64,000 nucleotides of DNA, taken from the NCBI GenBank assembly GCA_965242725.1, contig CBDESZ010000004.1, positions 224,001 to 288,000 on the forward strand, in the 5' to 3' direction. Below are positions 40,007 to 52,305 of the stretch, in pieces (positions within the stretch are counted from its first letter, which is position 1; every line of letters begins with the position of its first letter). The translations under genes and the position numbers were made by a program. The stretch comes from Alkalispirochaeta sp. GTDB taxonomy: Bacteria > Spirochaetota > Spirochaetia > DSM-27196 > Alkalispirochaetaceae. A model generated the notes under the pieces. That model searched no databases. It saw only the letters and a program-made list of their open reading frames with translations, and had not been told where the DNA came from.

Positions 40007-42205
40007 ATGGCGCAAAAAAAGGGCTTGCTGATACCGATCCTTCCCGCCATTGTCATGGCGATTCTCCTTTTCATAGTGATTTCCGGATGCCGCAGCAGGG
40101 CTGACGTGATTGCGCCCGGCGACGGAAGGGCTGAAATTTCCCGCCCCCCCGACGGGGATGTGACCGACGACGATCTTTCCGTCACCGTTCAGCTGCATGG
40201 CATCGATCCTTCGGACATTGCCGCGATTGTCGTTCAGGTGCATCACGGGGGTACACTTGTCAAGGAAGAGGAGGTGGCCTTCCGGCTCACTTCCGCGGAT
40301 GCGCTCACCCTCGGGCTGCCCGTTGCCGCCCTGGAAGACGGAAAGAGATATCTCTTCACTCTTTTTATCGTGACGAATGAAGGTGCCCGGTATCGTGTTT
40401 CTCCGGATATCGATATTCGATTTACCCTCGATCTGACAGTTCCCGTAGTGGACGGTGAAGAGGTGAAGACCTTTGACCCCCGCCATACCTTTCGATGGAG
40501 GCACGAATCGCCGCCGGTAGGGGATCGTGTCTCCTTTACCCTTGCAGACGGTCCCGCCGGGGTGCCGTTGCTCACCGCAGAGGTCGACGGCGAGACTACC
40601 AGCTACACCCCTGACAGCGACATCGTCACCGGGAATGAAATCACCGCCGGGCGGCAGACGGTGTGGTATGTACGCATGGCAAGCCGGCACGGCGTTCTGG
40701 GACCACCGTCGGAAACGGGCGCCGTCACCTTCACTGAAGATCTCCCACCCGTTGACGCACGTACGGGAGAGGGGGGGCTGCCGTCGGTCGTCGCGCTTCC
40801 GGGACTCGTTTGGCAGCACATACCCGGCGCCGTCCGGTATCATCTGGATATCGCGGCCGCCGACGGCAGCGATTCCGCCGCCGTCATCCGGCGGACCACG
40901 ACGGAGAGCCGCTACCGCATCGCGCCGGCGGAACTTGAGCTCCTCCTGCGCCGGACGGAGCGGGAGATCGCACAGGCCGGCGACGAGGTGCCGATCTTAT
41001 ACTGGCGGGTGCATGGGGAAAACGCCCTTGGCAATACGACGCCGTCGAGCGACCTTTTCTCCTTTGTCTATGATCATCGCATGCCGACGATGGAGGTGGT
41101 CCTGCCGCCGCCGATTGAACGTCCCGTGGAAGCGGTACCCGACGAGGTCCCCGCTCCCCGGGGCGTTGTCGTTCTGGGGACACGGAGCGCGCCGGAAAGA
41201 GATGAATCACCGCCGTTGACGGTGACGGTATCCCGAAGTTTTTCCATGGCGAAATACGAGGCCACAAACGGTGTCGTCGCGGGGGCGATGAATAACGCCC
41301 TCTTTCACGGGGAGGCGATGATCGTTGAACGGGACGGGGAGGGGACGTATGTCGTCGACGCGGACTTTCAATATCCCCTTATCGCCCTGGACTCCCTTGA
41401 ATTCGGCACGCAGTTTTCACTGACGGTGACTGACGGCGGGGCTCTCGTTCCCGTCGAAGGGTATGCCTCCCATCCGGCTGTGGGTATAACCTGGTACGGC
41501 GCGGCATTTCTCGCAAACGAGCTCTCCCTTCTTGAGGCTCGGGACGAGGTATATACCTTTGCGGCCGACGAGATCACATCCCATCCCGAACGGGACGGAT
41601 ATCGGCTGCCGACGGAGGGAGAGTGGGCCTTTGCGGCATCCCTTGATCGGAGAATCGACCGAAGCAGTCCCGGCGCGATTGAATTCCCCGTCGTTGTGAC
41701 TGAAGCACGGGCAGTCGGGGCGATTGAGTTCAGGGGAACCAACTATGAGCGCAGCGGTCACCGCTGGGAGGATTTGTCTCCGCCCTTTACACGGGCGGGG
41801 GGACCTACCGTTCCCGTCGGGGCGTTGGGCTATCTCAACAGGGCGGGGCTGTCGGACATGCTGGGGAACGTCTGGGAGTGGACGGAGGACTGGTATGATC
41901 CCGAGTGGTACGCCCGCGCCGCCCGTACCGACGGAAACTCAGACGAAAACTCCTACGAAATCTCCGTACCGGACGGAGGGCCTGCATCGCCCGTTCCCGA
42001 TGTATATGGAAGGGAAATGAAGGTAGTACGCGGAATGGCGTGGAATACGCCCCGCGGGCAGATCAGGGTGACCAACCGGGGAGCTTTCAGTCCCGACGCG
42101 ACGAGTCACAGTATCGGCGTGCGTTTTGTCAGGACGATAACGGCTCCCGCCGGTGCCGCTACTTCCCCACTCCGTACTGACCCTCAAGGTGTTCGTAATA
42201 ATTGA
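40007..42205 (+). CDS. Lipoprotein with C-terminal formylglycine-generating-enzyme (FGE/SUMF1)-like domain
   Basis: Lipobox VISG-C, KYEATN, HPAVGITW, YRLPTEGEWAFAA, GLSDMLGNVWEWTEDWY, IGVRFVR. Confidence 0.88.
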   Translation: MAQKKGLLIPILPAIVMAILLFIVISGCRSRADVIAPGDGRAEISRPPDGDVTDDDLSVTVQLHGIDPSDIAAIVVQVHHGGTLVKEEEVAFRLTSADALTLGLPVAALEDGKRYLFTLFIVTNEGARYRVSPDIDIRFTLDLTVPVVDGEEVKTFDPRHTFRWRHESPPVGDRVSFTLADGPAGVPLLTAEVDGETTSYTPDSDIVTGNEITAGRQTVWYVRMASRHGVLGPPSETGAVTFTEDLPPVDARTGEGGLPSVVALPGLVWQHIPGAVRYHLDIAAADGSDSAAVIRRTTTESRYRIAPAELELLLRRTEREIAQAGDEVPILYWRVHGENALGNTTPSSDLFSFVYDHRMPTMEVVLPPPIERPVEAVPDEVPAPRGVVVLGTRSAPERDESPPLTVTVSRSFSMAKYEATNGVVAGAMNNALFHGEAMIVERDGEGTYVVDADFQYPLIALDSLEFGTQFSLTVTDGGALVPVEGYASHPAVGITWYGAAFLANELSLLEARDEVYTFAADEITSHPERDGYRLPTEGEWAFAASLDRRIDRSSPGAIEFPVVVTEARAVGAIEFRGTNYERSGHRWEDLSPPFTRAGGPTVPVGALGYLNRAGLSDMLGNVWEWTEDWYDPEWYARAARTDGNSDENSYEISVPDGGPASPVPDVYGREMKVVRGMAWNTPRGQIRVTNRGAFSPDATSHSIGVRFVRTITAPAGAATSPLRTDPQGVRNN

Positions 42206-43371
42206 TAACCTTCCGGACATATTCACGCTTCTCCGGGTAGGGCTTATATGAAAATGAACGCTTGAAACCGTAAATAATGATATTCCGCAGTTGGGTCGGG
42301 GTGATATCGAAGTTACGGATCGCGAGATTGATTTCATCGGTTACCGTCGTGTGTGAGACGAGGCGGTTGTCGGTGCAGAACGAGACGGACAGCTTGTTCT
42401 CAAGCATTTTCCCCAGAGAATGCTCTTTTACCGACTGGATGTCCGGGGCGGTCTGCAGGTTGCTGGTGAGACACACCTCGATGGTCGTGCGATGGTCGGC
42501 GATGTAGTTGACCAGCTGGCGGATATACTTCCGGCGGTCGGAGATCGTCTCGTCCCGAATGTGGTCGGGGTTGAAAAGACGCATGCCGTGGCCGATGCGA
42601 TCGGCGTGAAGCTTGGTGATCGCCTGAAAGATCGATTCCGGACCGTACGCCTCTCCGGCATGGACCGTCTTCTTGAGGAAGTGCTTGTGAACATAGTCAA
42701 ACGCCTCCGCGTGATCTCCCGCGGGATATCCGTACTCACTTCCGGCAAGATCAAAGGCAACAACCTGGACGTCACTTTCGTCCCGAAGGGCGACGGTGGC
42801 ACGGGCAAGTTCACTCGAGGCGAGTTGAATGATCTCCGATTGGTCGGAATAACTGTGAACCGTCGACAGCGCCCGATAGTAACGGGAAAAATTCGATGCA
42901 AAAAAGCGCATGGCGATGACGATAATACCGTAGTCAAACTCCGGTTCCTCGTCGGGGAGGGTGCGGTTGATTTCCGATCGGGCCTGACGCAGACCGGCGT
43001 CGACGGCGTGCATGACCTGGGAAAATGAAAGATCCTCGCTCATGTGGAGCTGCGGCGCAAAGCGAACCTCCAGATGGCGAACCCCTTCGGCAAAAATTGT
43101 CCAGAGCCAGTTCATACGCCACCTGCTGCAGATGCTCCTCCCGCTGCAGGACCTTGTTTGTGAGTCCGAAACCGCGAAGGTACTCGTCAAGATTTTTGTA
43201 CGTCGACTTGAAGACCGTTTCGTTGAGACCTTCCGGGGTATATGAAGGTATGTCTATGCGCTCTTCCTTGGCGATATCGATGAGGGTGCGCTCCCGAAGG
43301 CTGCCGTCGAGATGGACGTGAAGGTCTGTTTTTGGAATTTTCTTTACAAATTCTTCCGGATAGTGTGTCAT
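42159..43371 (-). CDS. Adenosine deaminase family protein, one apparent frameshift
   Basis: PKTDLHVHLDGS, EVRFAP, DLAGSE, TVHAGE, RIGHG, CTDN. Frames join at the A5 run 43092-43096. Confidence 0.88.
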
Positions 43372-43389
43372 TCTTCCATCATAACCGTG

Positions 43390-44712
43390 ATGCCCGGAAG
43401 AACGCTACCGAAAATACATTCGCCTTTTTTCCGTCTCATAACCCTCTGGATACTGTTGTGGGCGTCAACCGGCGGTGCCGTCGGTGCACAGACGACGTCC
43501 GCCGGGACCGTCGATCTGCGGCTGCGCACCTTTCCCGGTGACACCGATGCGGTGCTTTTGCCGGCGCATCCGGGACCGGCGATTGAACTGCACGGGCGCG
43601 AGGAGGAGGACGGCTGGCGTCGGTATACGGGACTGCCGGCCGGAGGAGTCATCGAACTTCGTGCCCCCGGATATCTTCCGAGACTTCTCGTGCTTCCCGG
43701 GGAAGGAGCGGGGGAGGTGGTTGTGAAGGAGCGTCTTCTTCCCGCCGAGGGACCGCTCCGGGCGCTCTCCGAGGCGCCTACCGGCGGCTCTCCCAAGAGC
43801 GCCATTTTTCTTGGCCCCCGACCGTGTCGCGGTTCCCCTCCTTCGGGACAACGGAATCGATCTCTTTGCGGTCCGTCGTGACCGGTGGGGTGAGGTCAGC
43901 CTCGTTCCCGACGGGCGGCTGTCGCCTCCTGCACCCTGGGCCGAACGGCATGGATTTGTCGAGGCATTGGTTGTCCGGGACGGTACGGAACTGTGGGTTT
44001 CCCAGATGACCACCGGATCGATACACCGGTTTTCACTGCCCGACGGCATGTGGCTCTCCGTCCATTCTTCCGGCGGAACGTGGCCCAAAGTCCTCGCAGG
44101 CGGGAAAATGGACCGGACGGTGTGGGTTTCCAACTGGGACGGCCGGTCCGTCGCGGAGCTCGATGTCCGGAGCGGACAATTGCTGCAGACAATATCCCTT
44201 CCGGGTCAGCCCCGCGGGCTTTTCTACGACGGGGAACGTGATCACCTCTGGGTCTGCCTCTTTTCAAGCGGACAGGTGCTGCGCCTCGGGAATGGCGAAA
44301 TCCTGGAGAGATGGGGGCAGTCGGTGGGTGCCGCCAGACATATCGTTGCCCTTCCTGAGTCACCCCTCATCTACTACAGCGATATGTACCACGGAACGGT
44401 CCGTGTCCTGGACTCCCGGAACGGCGGGAGCTCGTTTCGCGCCGCATCGGCAGCAATATCAACACGATCGCCCTCGATCCGGAGGGGCGCTATCTGTATG
44501 TAAGTGAGCGGGGCAGAAACAATCGGGAGAGTTATCTTCTCCCGGGGCCCGAGTTCGGCAGGATCTTTGTTCTTGATGCCCTCACGCTGTCCACCGTCCA
44601 GACGCTCTACGGTCGCAATCAGCCGACGGGTCTTGCCGTCTCACCTGACGGTCGGTTTGTGGTGGCCACCGATTTTCTCGACGACAACATCACCTTGTAT
44701 CGCGTTCAATAA
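43390..44712 (+). CDS. Secreted YncE/YVTN-like beta-propeller protein, two apparent frameshifts
   Basis: Signal peptide and repeated blades ([37 protein letters not shown]). Shifts near 43816-43820 and 44425. Confidence 0.7.
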
Positions 44713-46210
44713 TGGCCGTGGCGATCTCAATAAACTGATTTCCCCGGTCAAACTCATTTCGAAACATCCCGAATGAAGCGCAGCCCGGCGAGAGCAGAAT
44801 TATCGACTCACCCTCATCTCCTTTGCCTTTGCGCATAGTCGCTTCCCCCGTACAGGTGGTGGACCGCATCCGTGAGTGTTGAAAAACGCGGAATCCGTGA
44901 AACGGCGGCGTCGGACAGCTTTCTCCCGATGATATCCGTTGCGGTTCCGTCAAGAAGGGCGACGGAACCACCCGCGTTGAGAACCCGCTGTATCGTCTCC
45001 ACGAGGGGGCGCGGATCGAGTCCCTTGTCGCTTCCCCCGGCGATGAGAAAGAGCGTCACCCCCGAGGACTCCGGAGCAAAGGCGTTGACCCCTTCCCGGG
45101 CTGCCTCGGGTATCGTTGCTGCGGTATCGTTGATGAACCGGATCCGGTTGACGTTTCCCACGGTCTGGAGACGGTGGGGGTACGCCGGGAAATGAGGCGA
45201 TCCGTCCGGCTATCGTCGGAGGTGTGACCCCAAGGCGGGCGGCCGCGGCGGCGGCCATCGCAATATTTATTTTGTTGTGCCGTCCGGGAAGGGGGATGGG
45301 GCTCCCTTCCTTCGGAATGGCGCTGATATCGAAGGGAGGGTCCCAGGTGGAGCCGGCGTTCGATCCATGATCACCGACCGGACCGGCAAGGTAGACGGGG
45401 ATTATCGGGAAAGTGTGTCGAGAGTTCCTCAATGAACGACGGCGTCCATTGATTGTCCTTCGGGAGGATGACCAGTGCATCAGGGGGGAGGTGGCGGTAA
45501 ATTTCCCGCTTATCCTCCACATACGCCTCCATGGACGGGTAGTAGTCCTGATGATCGGTGAAAATATTGGTGATGATCGCCACCGTCGCGGAAATTGCCG
45601 GAAAAAAGACCGTCCGGGGCAGGGTGTGCGGAATACGAGCCCCGGACCGCGCATTATGGCTGCGAAAAAACGCAAGGTCTCCCAGCTGAAAGGACGATAG
45701 TTCCAGCACCACCGGATCCGCCGGTTTGAGGGTATCGAGAAAACTCAGGGGAGAGACGGTGATGTTACCGCCCAGCATCGTTTCCGGATACGCCCCCGCA
45801 ACGATGTGGGCGGCCAGGGACGAGCAGGTACTCTTTCCTTTTGTGCCGGTCACGGTGATGAGGGGACTGACCCCGGATCGATCCCCGGCGGAAAGAGTCT
45901 CCCGCTCGGCGAGAAAGAGGGCGATATCACTCGTCACGGCCGCCGTATCGGCGAGGAGCGGAGCCGTCCGCGGGACCGCGGGATTCTTTATGACCATGTC
46001 GGCGCGGACGAAATCGTCGCGTTCATGCCGGCCAAGAACAACCCGGCACTGGCCGGGGAGTTCATCGGCGCTGTTTTTCAGGAGATCATAGCTTCTGAGA
46101 TCGGTGACGGTCACTGTGGCACCGCGGCTCACTGCGTACCGCGCCGCCGCGAGTCCGCCGCCATGGACCCCCAGTCCCATGACGGTGATGCGCATTCCCG
46201 AGAGATTCAC
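44690..46210 (-). CDS. murD: UDP-MurNAc-L-Ala--D-Glu ligase, several apparent frameshifts
   Basis: [71 protein letters not shown] spread across frames. Confidence 0.9.
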
Positions 46211-47178
46211 GATTTCCGTCCTTCCTTCGGCAGGACTTCAAACTCCCGCATTTCCTGTTCGTTGAGGTAGATATCAAGGGTGATATCATCAAACCCACCC
46301 GTTCCAGTCGGAAGGTATCCGTTCCTTCAGTTCCCTGAAGAGGGGAAGTTCCGGGGAGAACTCCTCTTCTCTGAGGGACGGCCTGGATATCCTGGACGTG
46401 GGGTTTTCAGAAAGTCGATGAAGCGATGAAGACGGGGAATGGCCTCCCGCCGCTGGGCTGAGGAAATACCGATGGGGTTGTGGCAGATGGTGCGATACTT
46501 GCTCGTGAAGGGATAATAGGGATAGATGCGTTTTCCCTGGGGTATGACGAGTTTTGTAAAAAACTTGTTGAGATCGGCATCCATCCAGATGCCCTGAATA
46601 AAGTATCCCCGCCCGGTTTCACCTATCCATGTATCGGAGATCATCTGTTCCACAACGGCTACGGCCGGTGCCCTCATCTCTGGTGCGGACTTCCCCGAGG
46701 GGTATGATAATTCCCTCCACAACGAGATTCGACGTGCGGTACACCGGGGTCGTATCATTGGTTACCCCTTTTCGACGACGACGTGGTTCTGGGGGCGGAA
46801 GGTGAGATCCAACCGGAGGAGGTAGAGATAGTGGACCCCCGACACGCGGTAGATCTGAAAAAAAAACCGGGTCGCAGTATTTCGGCAGGGTCAAAGAAAT
46901 AGGTCAGCCCTTCAAATACACCGGGAATGAGCTGCTGCAGCCTGGGAGAGAAATCCCCTGAGCCGTTCCTGATAGGTCGATTCGGGAGTGGTCGAGTTGA
47001 CATCATGATGAATTGAAAACGAGGGTACCTGAAATTCCTGTCCCAGGCGGAGGAAAAAATCTTCCGATTGATTGAAATGGCGGCTGTACCCAACGGCGGA
47101 ATCACTCTTTCGTCGCAAGAGTCCGTTGATCATCGAATCGGTTGTATCGACTCGGATCTCCCCGAAGACTTTTTCCAT
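46207..47178 (-). CDS. Conserved-looking hypothetical protein, several apparent frameshifts
   Basis: SD GGAGG before MEKVFGEIRVD; consecutive fragments 46912..47214, 46755..47105 and 46327..46758; last stop overlaps the murD GTG. Confidence 0.55.
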
Positions 47179-47256
47179 TCCTCCAAAAGTATAGGGAATA
47201 GGCGGACCATGCAAGTTGTATTGTGATTTGGCAGGTGCCGGGATACACTATTGGGT

Positions 47257-48564
47257 ATGATGTCGTGTCGTACCATCCACCGTCTTGGTTTCATAGCGAT
47301 CTTTCTCGGGATAGTCTTCAGCGCAGGCGCACAGCAGCGGAACGAGGCGTATGCCTTCATTATCTATGCTGAAGGGTACAACATGTCGGTTTTTCGCAAT
47401 GACGAACTCTCGACGTACGATGTGCTGGTGGACGATGTGCTGGGAATGCCTCTTCTTCCGGGAGACATCGTCCAGACCGACAACGACACCTTCCTTGAAA
47501 TGCAGGTCATGCCTTCAAGAACGGTTGTGAAGATCGCGGAGAATACCACCTTTGAGATAGAACGTATCGGCGGCGCAGGCGGCGGATCCTTCAAAATGTC
47601 CTATGGCCGCCTGCGGGCGCGGGTGGAGCGGGTTGCCAGGAACGACCGGTTTGAGATCCGCGGCTTTTCCGCCGTCGCCGGCGTTCGCGGGACGGACTTT
47701 GGTTATGACATGGTGGTGGAACGCTCGTCGGCGTCGCAGGGCCGCCGCGGAGCTCCAGACGAAAGTCTACGTCTTTGAGGGTGAAGTTGAAGTATCTGAA
47801 AGCGTCGAGGCGACGGAGACTCCCGAAGGAACGCCGTCGGACCAGGGGGGCGGCACCTCCTGCGGAGCGGCAGGCGGTGCGGCTCCAGGCGAATGAAATG
47901 GTCAATGTGGTAACGCCCGCCCCCGGCGGATATCGATCGACCCCTCGAGGAGATGCCTTGAAGATGACGGTACGGCCCGCCCCGAGCGCCCGGCCCCCGG
48001 CAAAACGCCAGCAGGTGGTCTTTCAGCAGACGGCAATTGCGACTGATATTCAGGAGTTCTGGACGCGACAGGATTTCAAAGAGGAAGCGGTGGATCCCGA
48101 CCAGGTGGAAGAAAAGTTTCCCGGTATCAACGCCCGGGTTCAGCAGCTCAGTGAGGAGCGGCGCCAGTATGAAGAGCTCCAGCGCCTGCGCCGGGAGGGA
48201 CTCCTTGGATCATCACCGGAGACGCTCGCCCCAGGTTGCGGAACCGGTGGAGCCGGAAGAACCGGAACGGACTCCCGAGCGGGTATCACTCAACGCGCCG
48301 GTGAGGATTCCCGTATCGAGCGTATTCTCCTGCCTCAGGATGCGGCGGGTGAGGCCAGAACAACTGCGTATTGCCGGCCATTGGATGGTCGGACTGGGGG
48401 TGGTGATGGAACTGGCGGGACTCGCCGGCGCATGGTACGTGGATGACGCACGACGGCTGGAGGACCTGAGTCAGGCCGGACCCAGTACGGGTGCCATGAT
48501 CGGAGGCGGTGTATTTATCTCCTCCGGTCTCTTCTCGTATCTTCTGAGTCTTTTTGCCGATTAG
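47257..48564 (+). CDS. Exported FecR-domain protein with C-terminal TMs, apparent frameshifts
   Basis: GDIVQT, VKIAENT, GRLRARV, AVAGVRGTDF, VYVFEGEVEV. Promoter TTGTGA-17-TACACT lies 7 nt before the ATG. Confidence 0.75.
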
Positions 48565-50016
48565 GGCCGCGACGGTCCGGCGATGACCGTCGTGTCCAGT
48601 GCGGTTATTTCCCATCCCCATCTGGACGGTGAGAAAAGAAAAAAATATGGTCAGTCGGTCGCGAAGCACCGTTTTCGTCGCCGAGAGGGACGCTTCCGCC
48701 GACTCGCCGTCAGGTCTCCACATCGTATAATCCACGGTGATTTCCACTGAATCTGCTCCCTGCCCGGTGACCGACATGGACTCTATGATCGGTCCGTAGG
48801 GGATCCTGCTCTCCGGTCTGCCCCCGCGCAATCCACTCCGCAGCGGGAATGACCCTGTCTTCCATGGAGTGGGCAAACTGTACGCGGTCAACGACATACA
48901 GGTTGGTAACTTCCCTGAGAATGCCGGCGGCGACACCTTTGGCGAGGGCGTCGTCCATGGTTTCGTGATCAAGCATCGCCCAGCTTTCATAAAAGAGGGT
49001 GGCGAGCCGTTCCGGGGAAAGTCCCGCCGTCACGGGAGGAGCAAGTCGATTTCTGACTATCTGAAAGGGTATAGCCCCCGCAACGAGGGCAATCACGATT
49101 GATGCGGCAATAACCGTTCCGCGACGGCGAAAAGAAACGGCGTCGGCGCCACTCCCGCTGTCTCTTCTCAAACGCCTGTTGTGCCAGTTGCCGCCGTTTT
49201 GCCGTCTCATCGGAGTCGATGTCCCTCCAGGACCGGTACCGTTTTGACCGTCGATACCAGCTCTTCCATCGTCCCCTCCCGGAGGGCGACTTCAGGCTCC
49301 CGGATCAGTCGGTTCACGAGCTCCGCCACGATGGGGGTGAACCGAGGGTTTCAGACGGTGGATGGCGGGACTATTCCTTACGGCGTCGTGGCAGAGGTCC
49401 GATTCATCCTGGGTTGACCCGGTACAAAGCGGTGTCGAGGTGAGAACGTTCCAGAGTACGGCGCCACACTCGTAGGCGAGGGCGGCAGGACGTTCAAGGC
49501 GGCTGAACCGATAGGGAAAGACCGCGCGCCGTCGTCGTTCCAGGGGCAGGTAGCGATTTATCTCCGTCGCGAGATCGGTATCCAGGAGGAGGCACGTTCC
49601 GTCGGAGGTGATTATGGAGGTAATCGGCATTGCAGACCGTATGTGTTTCCCACCGGCGAGCGTAGGCATAGGCACCCGTCACCGCGCCGATCAACTCGGC
49701 GAGGGAAGGGGTGTTGACGGTTTGCGGTACTCGCCGGGGCGGAATGGGAAAGGTGTTCACCGATTGTGTACCCGTCAAGCCATTGGCCGCAGAGGAAGAG
49801 GACGCCGTCATGGGGCAGGATCTTCGTCCACCTGCCACGGCCTGACCGTTCCGTTGGTGACGAGGATGCCTCCCCTTCGTGATAGTGCGCCGATCCGTTG
49901 GGCGGGAAAAACCGCCGGCGGGTACTCCCGTATTGAGGCCGAGAATGAGCTGCTCTTCCCCGTTCCGCTCTTCCGTTATCCGCAGCCGGGAGGAGGAAGA
50001 TTGTTTCGATGATCAT
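48561..50016 (-). CDS. Hypothetical single-TM protein, several apparent frameshifts
   Basis: Start coupled (TAATG) to the upstream gene; consecutive minus-strand fragments; TM GTVIAASIVIALVAGAIPF. Boundaries approximate. Confidence 0.45.
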
Positions 50017-50835
50017 TACGTATCCTTCGTATAGACGATGGAGGCAAAGACGACGGTCCCCACATCACCTTCATATTCGGTATTAAAACTACCACGGTCA
50101 AGGATATGAGGACGAGAGGCAACACCGGCAAGCATATGTCCCACCGCAAGGGGGCCATGTTGAACGGGGAGGATCCTCAAAGGTTGATATATTCTCGACA
50201 AGCTGCGTACCCGGTGCGGTCAGAATAAGGCGAAAGATCTTCCGCGCGTTGGCTTCCGCTTCCCCGTGGTGTGGTAAAACCGCTCAAATTTGCCGCCACG
50301 AGAATCTTTGTACGCACATCCGCCTGCACTGAGGCGATGGCGTCGGTCACGGGGACGAGTTGATCCGCGGTGGAGGGGTGGTACCAGAAGGGGAACGATA
50401 GGTATGTTGCCGAAGTAATAGTGCAGCGACGGCAACAACACTTCGATACTGTGATTCTGCAAATGGGCGATCTCATCGTACACAAAAGGCGCGGTTGCCG
50501 TTGTGCAGTTGCCGAAGGATTTCCGTCGCGACGGGCAGGGTTTTCCCAGGGGCGTCGCAAAGTGATCCGACTCGGGGAGAAGAATGTACTCATCGTGCCG
50601 TGTTTTCGGGCGGTGCCAGGATGATGATACGGTCCGGTTTGTCCGGGCCCATCGCCTTCAGCGCTCCGACGATGTAGCGAAGGCTGTGCCGGTACGCCCC
50701 GAAGGGTGCAACCGCTACGGCGACGTTTTCCACCCGTTATCGGCGAGTCTTTAAAGGCCTGCCGCAGCAGCGGGGTGAGAATGTCGGGATCAACCGGGGA
50801 AATAGATGGTCTTCACCGACCATGGCACGTATCAA
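50016..50835 (-). CDS. MEMO1 / AmmeMemoRadiSam protein B-like (divergent), apparent frameshifts
   Basis: Across frames: VAPFGAYRHS, DRIIILAPP, FATPLG, AHLQNHSIEVLLPSLHYYF, IPIVPLL, ILVAANLSGF. Confidence 0.7.
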
Positions 50836-50885
50836 CGACGAATCCTCCCTCAGGAAGTATCGTCTCTGAGGCGCGCCCTTTCAAA

Positions 50886-52301
50886 TCACATTTTCACCGC
50901 CGATACCCAGGACGTTTCAAACCGCGACTCATCGAGCTCAACGGCGAGATTTTTTTTCCTGTGTCGGCAGCACGAGACCGGTGGGACCGTCCTTGGCACG
51001 ACGGAGGTATTTGACCTGCGTATAATAGAGATCGCCCTTGCCGCTCTGTCTCGCCTTGCTGTAGAAGAGTGCCAGGTTCCCTGCATCCAGCAGAACCTCC
51101 AGGGGAACACTCTTGCCCGGCTGGTTGCGGATAAACACATAGCCTCCCGGGTAGTCACGGGTGTGGAGCCCACCAGTCATTTCCGCGGACACGCCCCCCG
51201 GAGGAGCTGATCGTTCTCCCGGGCGTTACGGCCCACGAGAATGCGGAAGCCGTGTGACGCAAACTCTATTCCGGGACCGTCCTCGCCGGCACGCTGCTTT
51301 GCGCTCTTCTCTTCATCCCGCAGGAGGTCAAGAATCTCGTGGTTTTCAAGGGTCTCCAGCCGGGCGAGCTGTGAATCCACATGGCGAATACGGTGTTGCA
51401 GGGATGCCGCCGCGGACTCGAGAAATGCGGCGGGACTCCTCCGCGCGGTGGGCGCGGTCGTAGTAGCTCTTCGCGTTATCAGCAGGCGATAGTCGCGGAT
51501 TGAGCCGTATGCGAATCGGCTTGTCCTCGTCAAGATAATCCGTCGTGTCCAGCCACTCCATTCCCGGTGTCATGCGGTGCGCCGAGGCGAGAATGAGATC
51601 ACCGTAATGACGATTTTGCGTCCCCTCGTTCCCCGCGGCGCGCCCCTTTTCAATTTCGTCAAGACGGGCGGACAGACGCCGCCTGGTCCGTGTGAGGACC
51701 GCACGCGCCCGATTGAGAGCACGTTCACGCTCCCGGGCGTACTCTTTTGTCCGATACTCCCCGTCGATCGCCTCGTTGAAGGAAGCCGAGCCGTCGTAGT
51801 CTCGAACCTTCCGGTCCGCCCCCGGATCACCTTCAGGCTGTTCCGGATGAAATGACGCACCCCGACTCGAGGTGCTCCTTCGGCTTTCTGAAACAGACGT
51901 CCAGGATCGTACCGTCCTCTTCGGTGACGATTATGTTTGCCCTCGTTCCCCAGAGACGGATATAGACAATTGATATCGTTTCGTTTCCGCTGAATCGAAA
52001 TCGCGACGATGCGGTCCCGGTAGACATGGTCTGCGGAAATGATGCGGGCCGCCCTTTATCCGGGCGTGCAGAAAATCCTCAAATCGCTGATGGCTGCGTT
52101 TTTTTCCGCGGCGGCCAGGCGGTCCGGTGGAGGCGGACCCAGGGATGCTCCAGGCAGATACGCAACCACCACGTATGTGGAGGAGTATAGATCTGCAGGT
52201 AGAGATTCTTGAAATCATGCTGAATGACGTTTTGAACGTGACTGTCCTCGAGGGGAAGTTCGGCGAGGACGGCGTCGATCTCGGGGCTGTTTGAGGGACA
52301 T
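50886..52301 (-). CDS. NFACT family protein (RqcH/FbpA-like), many apparent frameshifts
   Basis: EIDAVLAEL, QRFEDFLHARIKG, YIRLWGTRANII, NAKSYY, ILVGRNAREND, LHTRDYPGGYVF, AGNLALFYSKAR, YTQVKYL. Confidence 0.85.
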
Positions 52302-52305
52302 GTCG

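Noticed and set aside
41300..42205. FGE-type C-terminal domain on a lipoprotein as a diversity-generating retroelement target
   Set aside because: No reverse transcriptase and no template-repeat copy of the 3' end is visible in the window; a remote DGR cannot be excluded.
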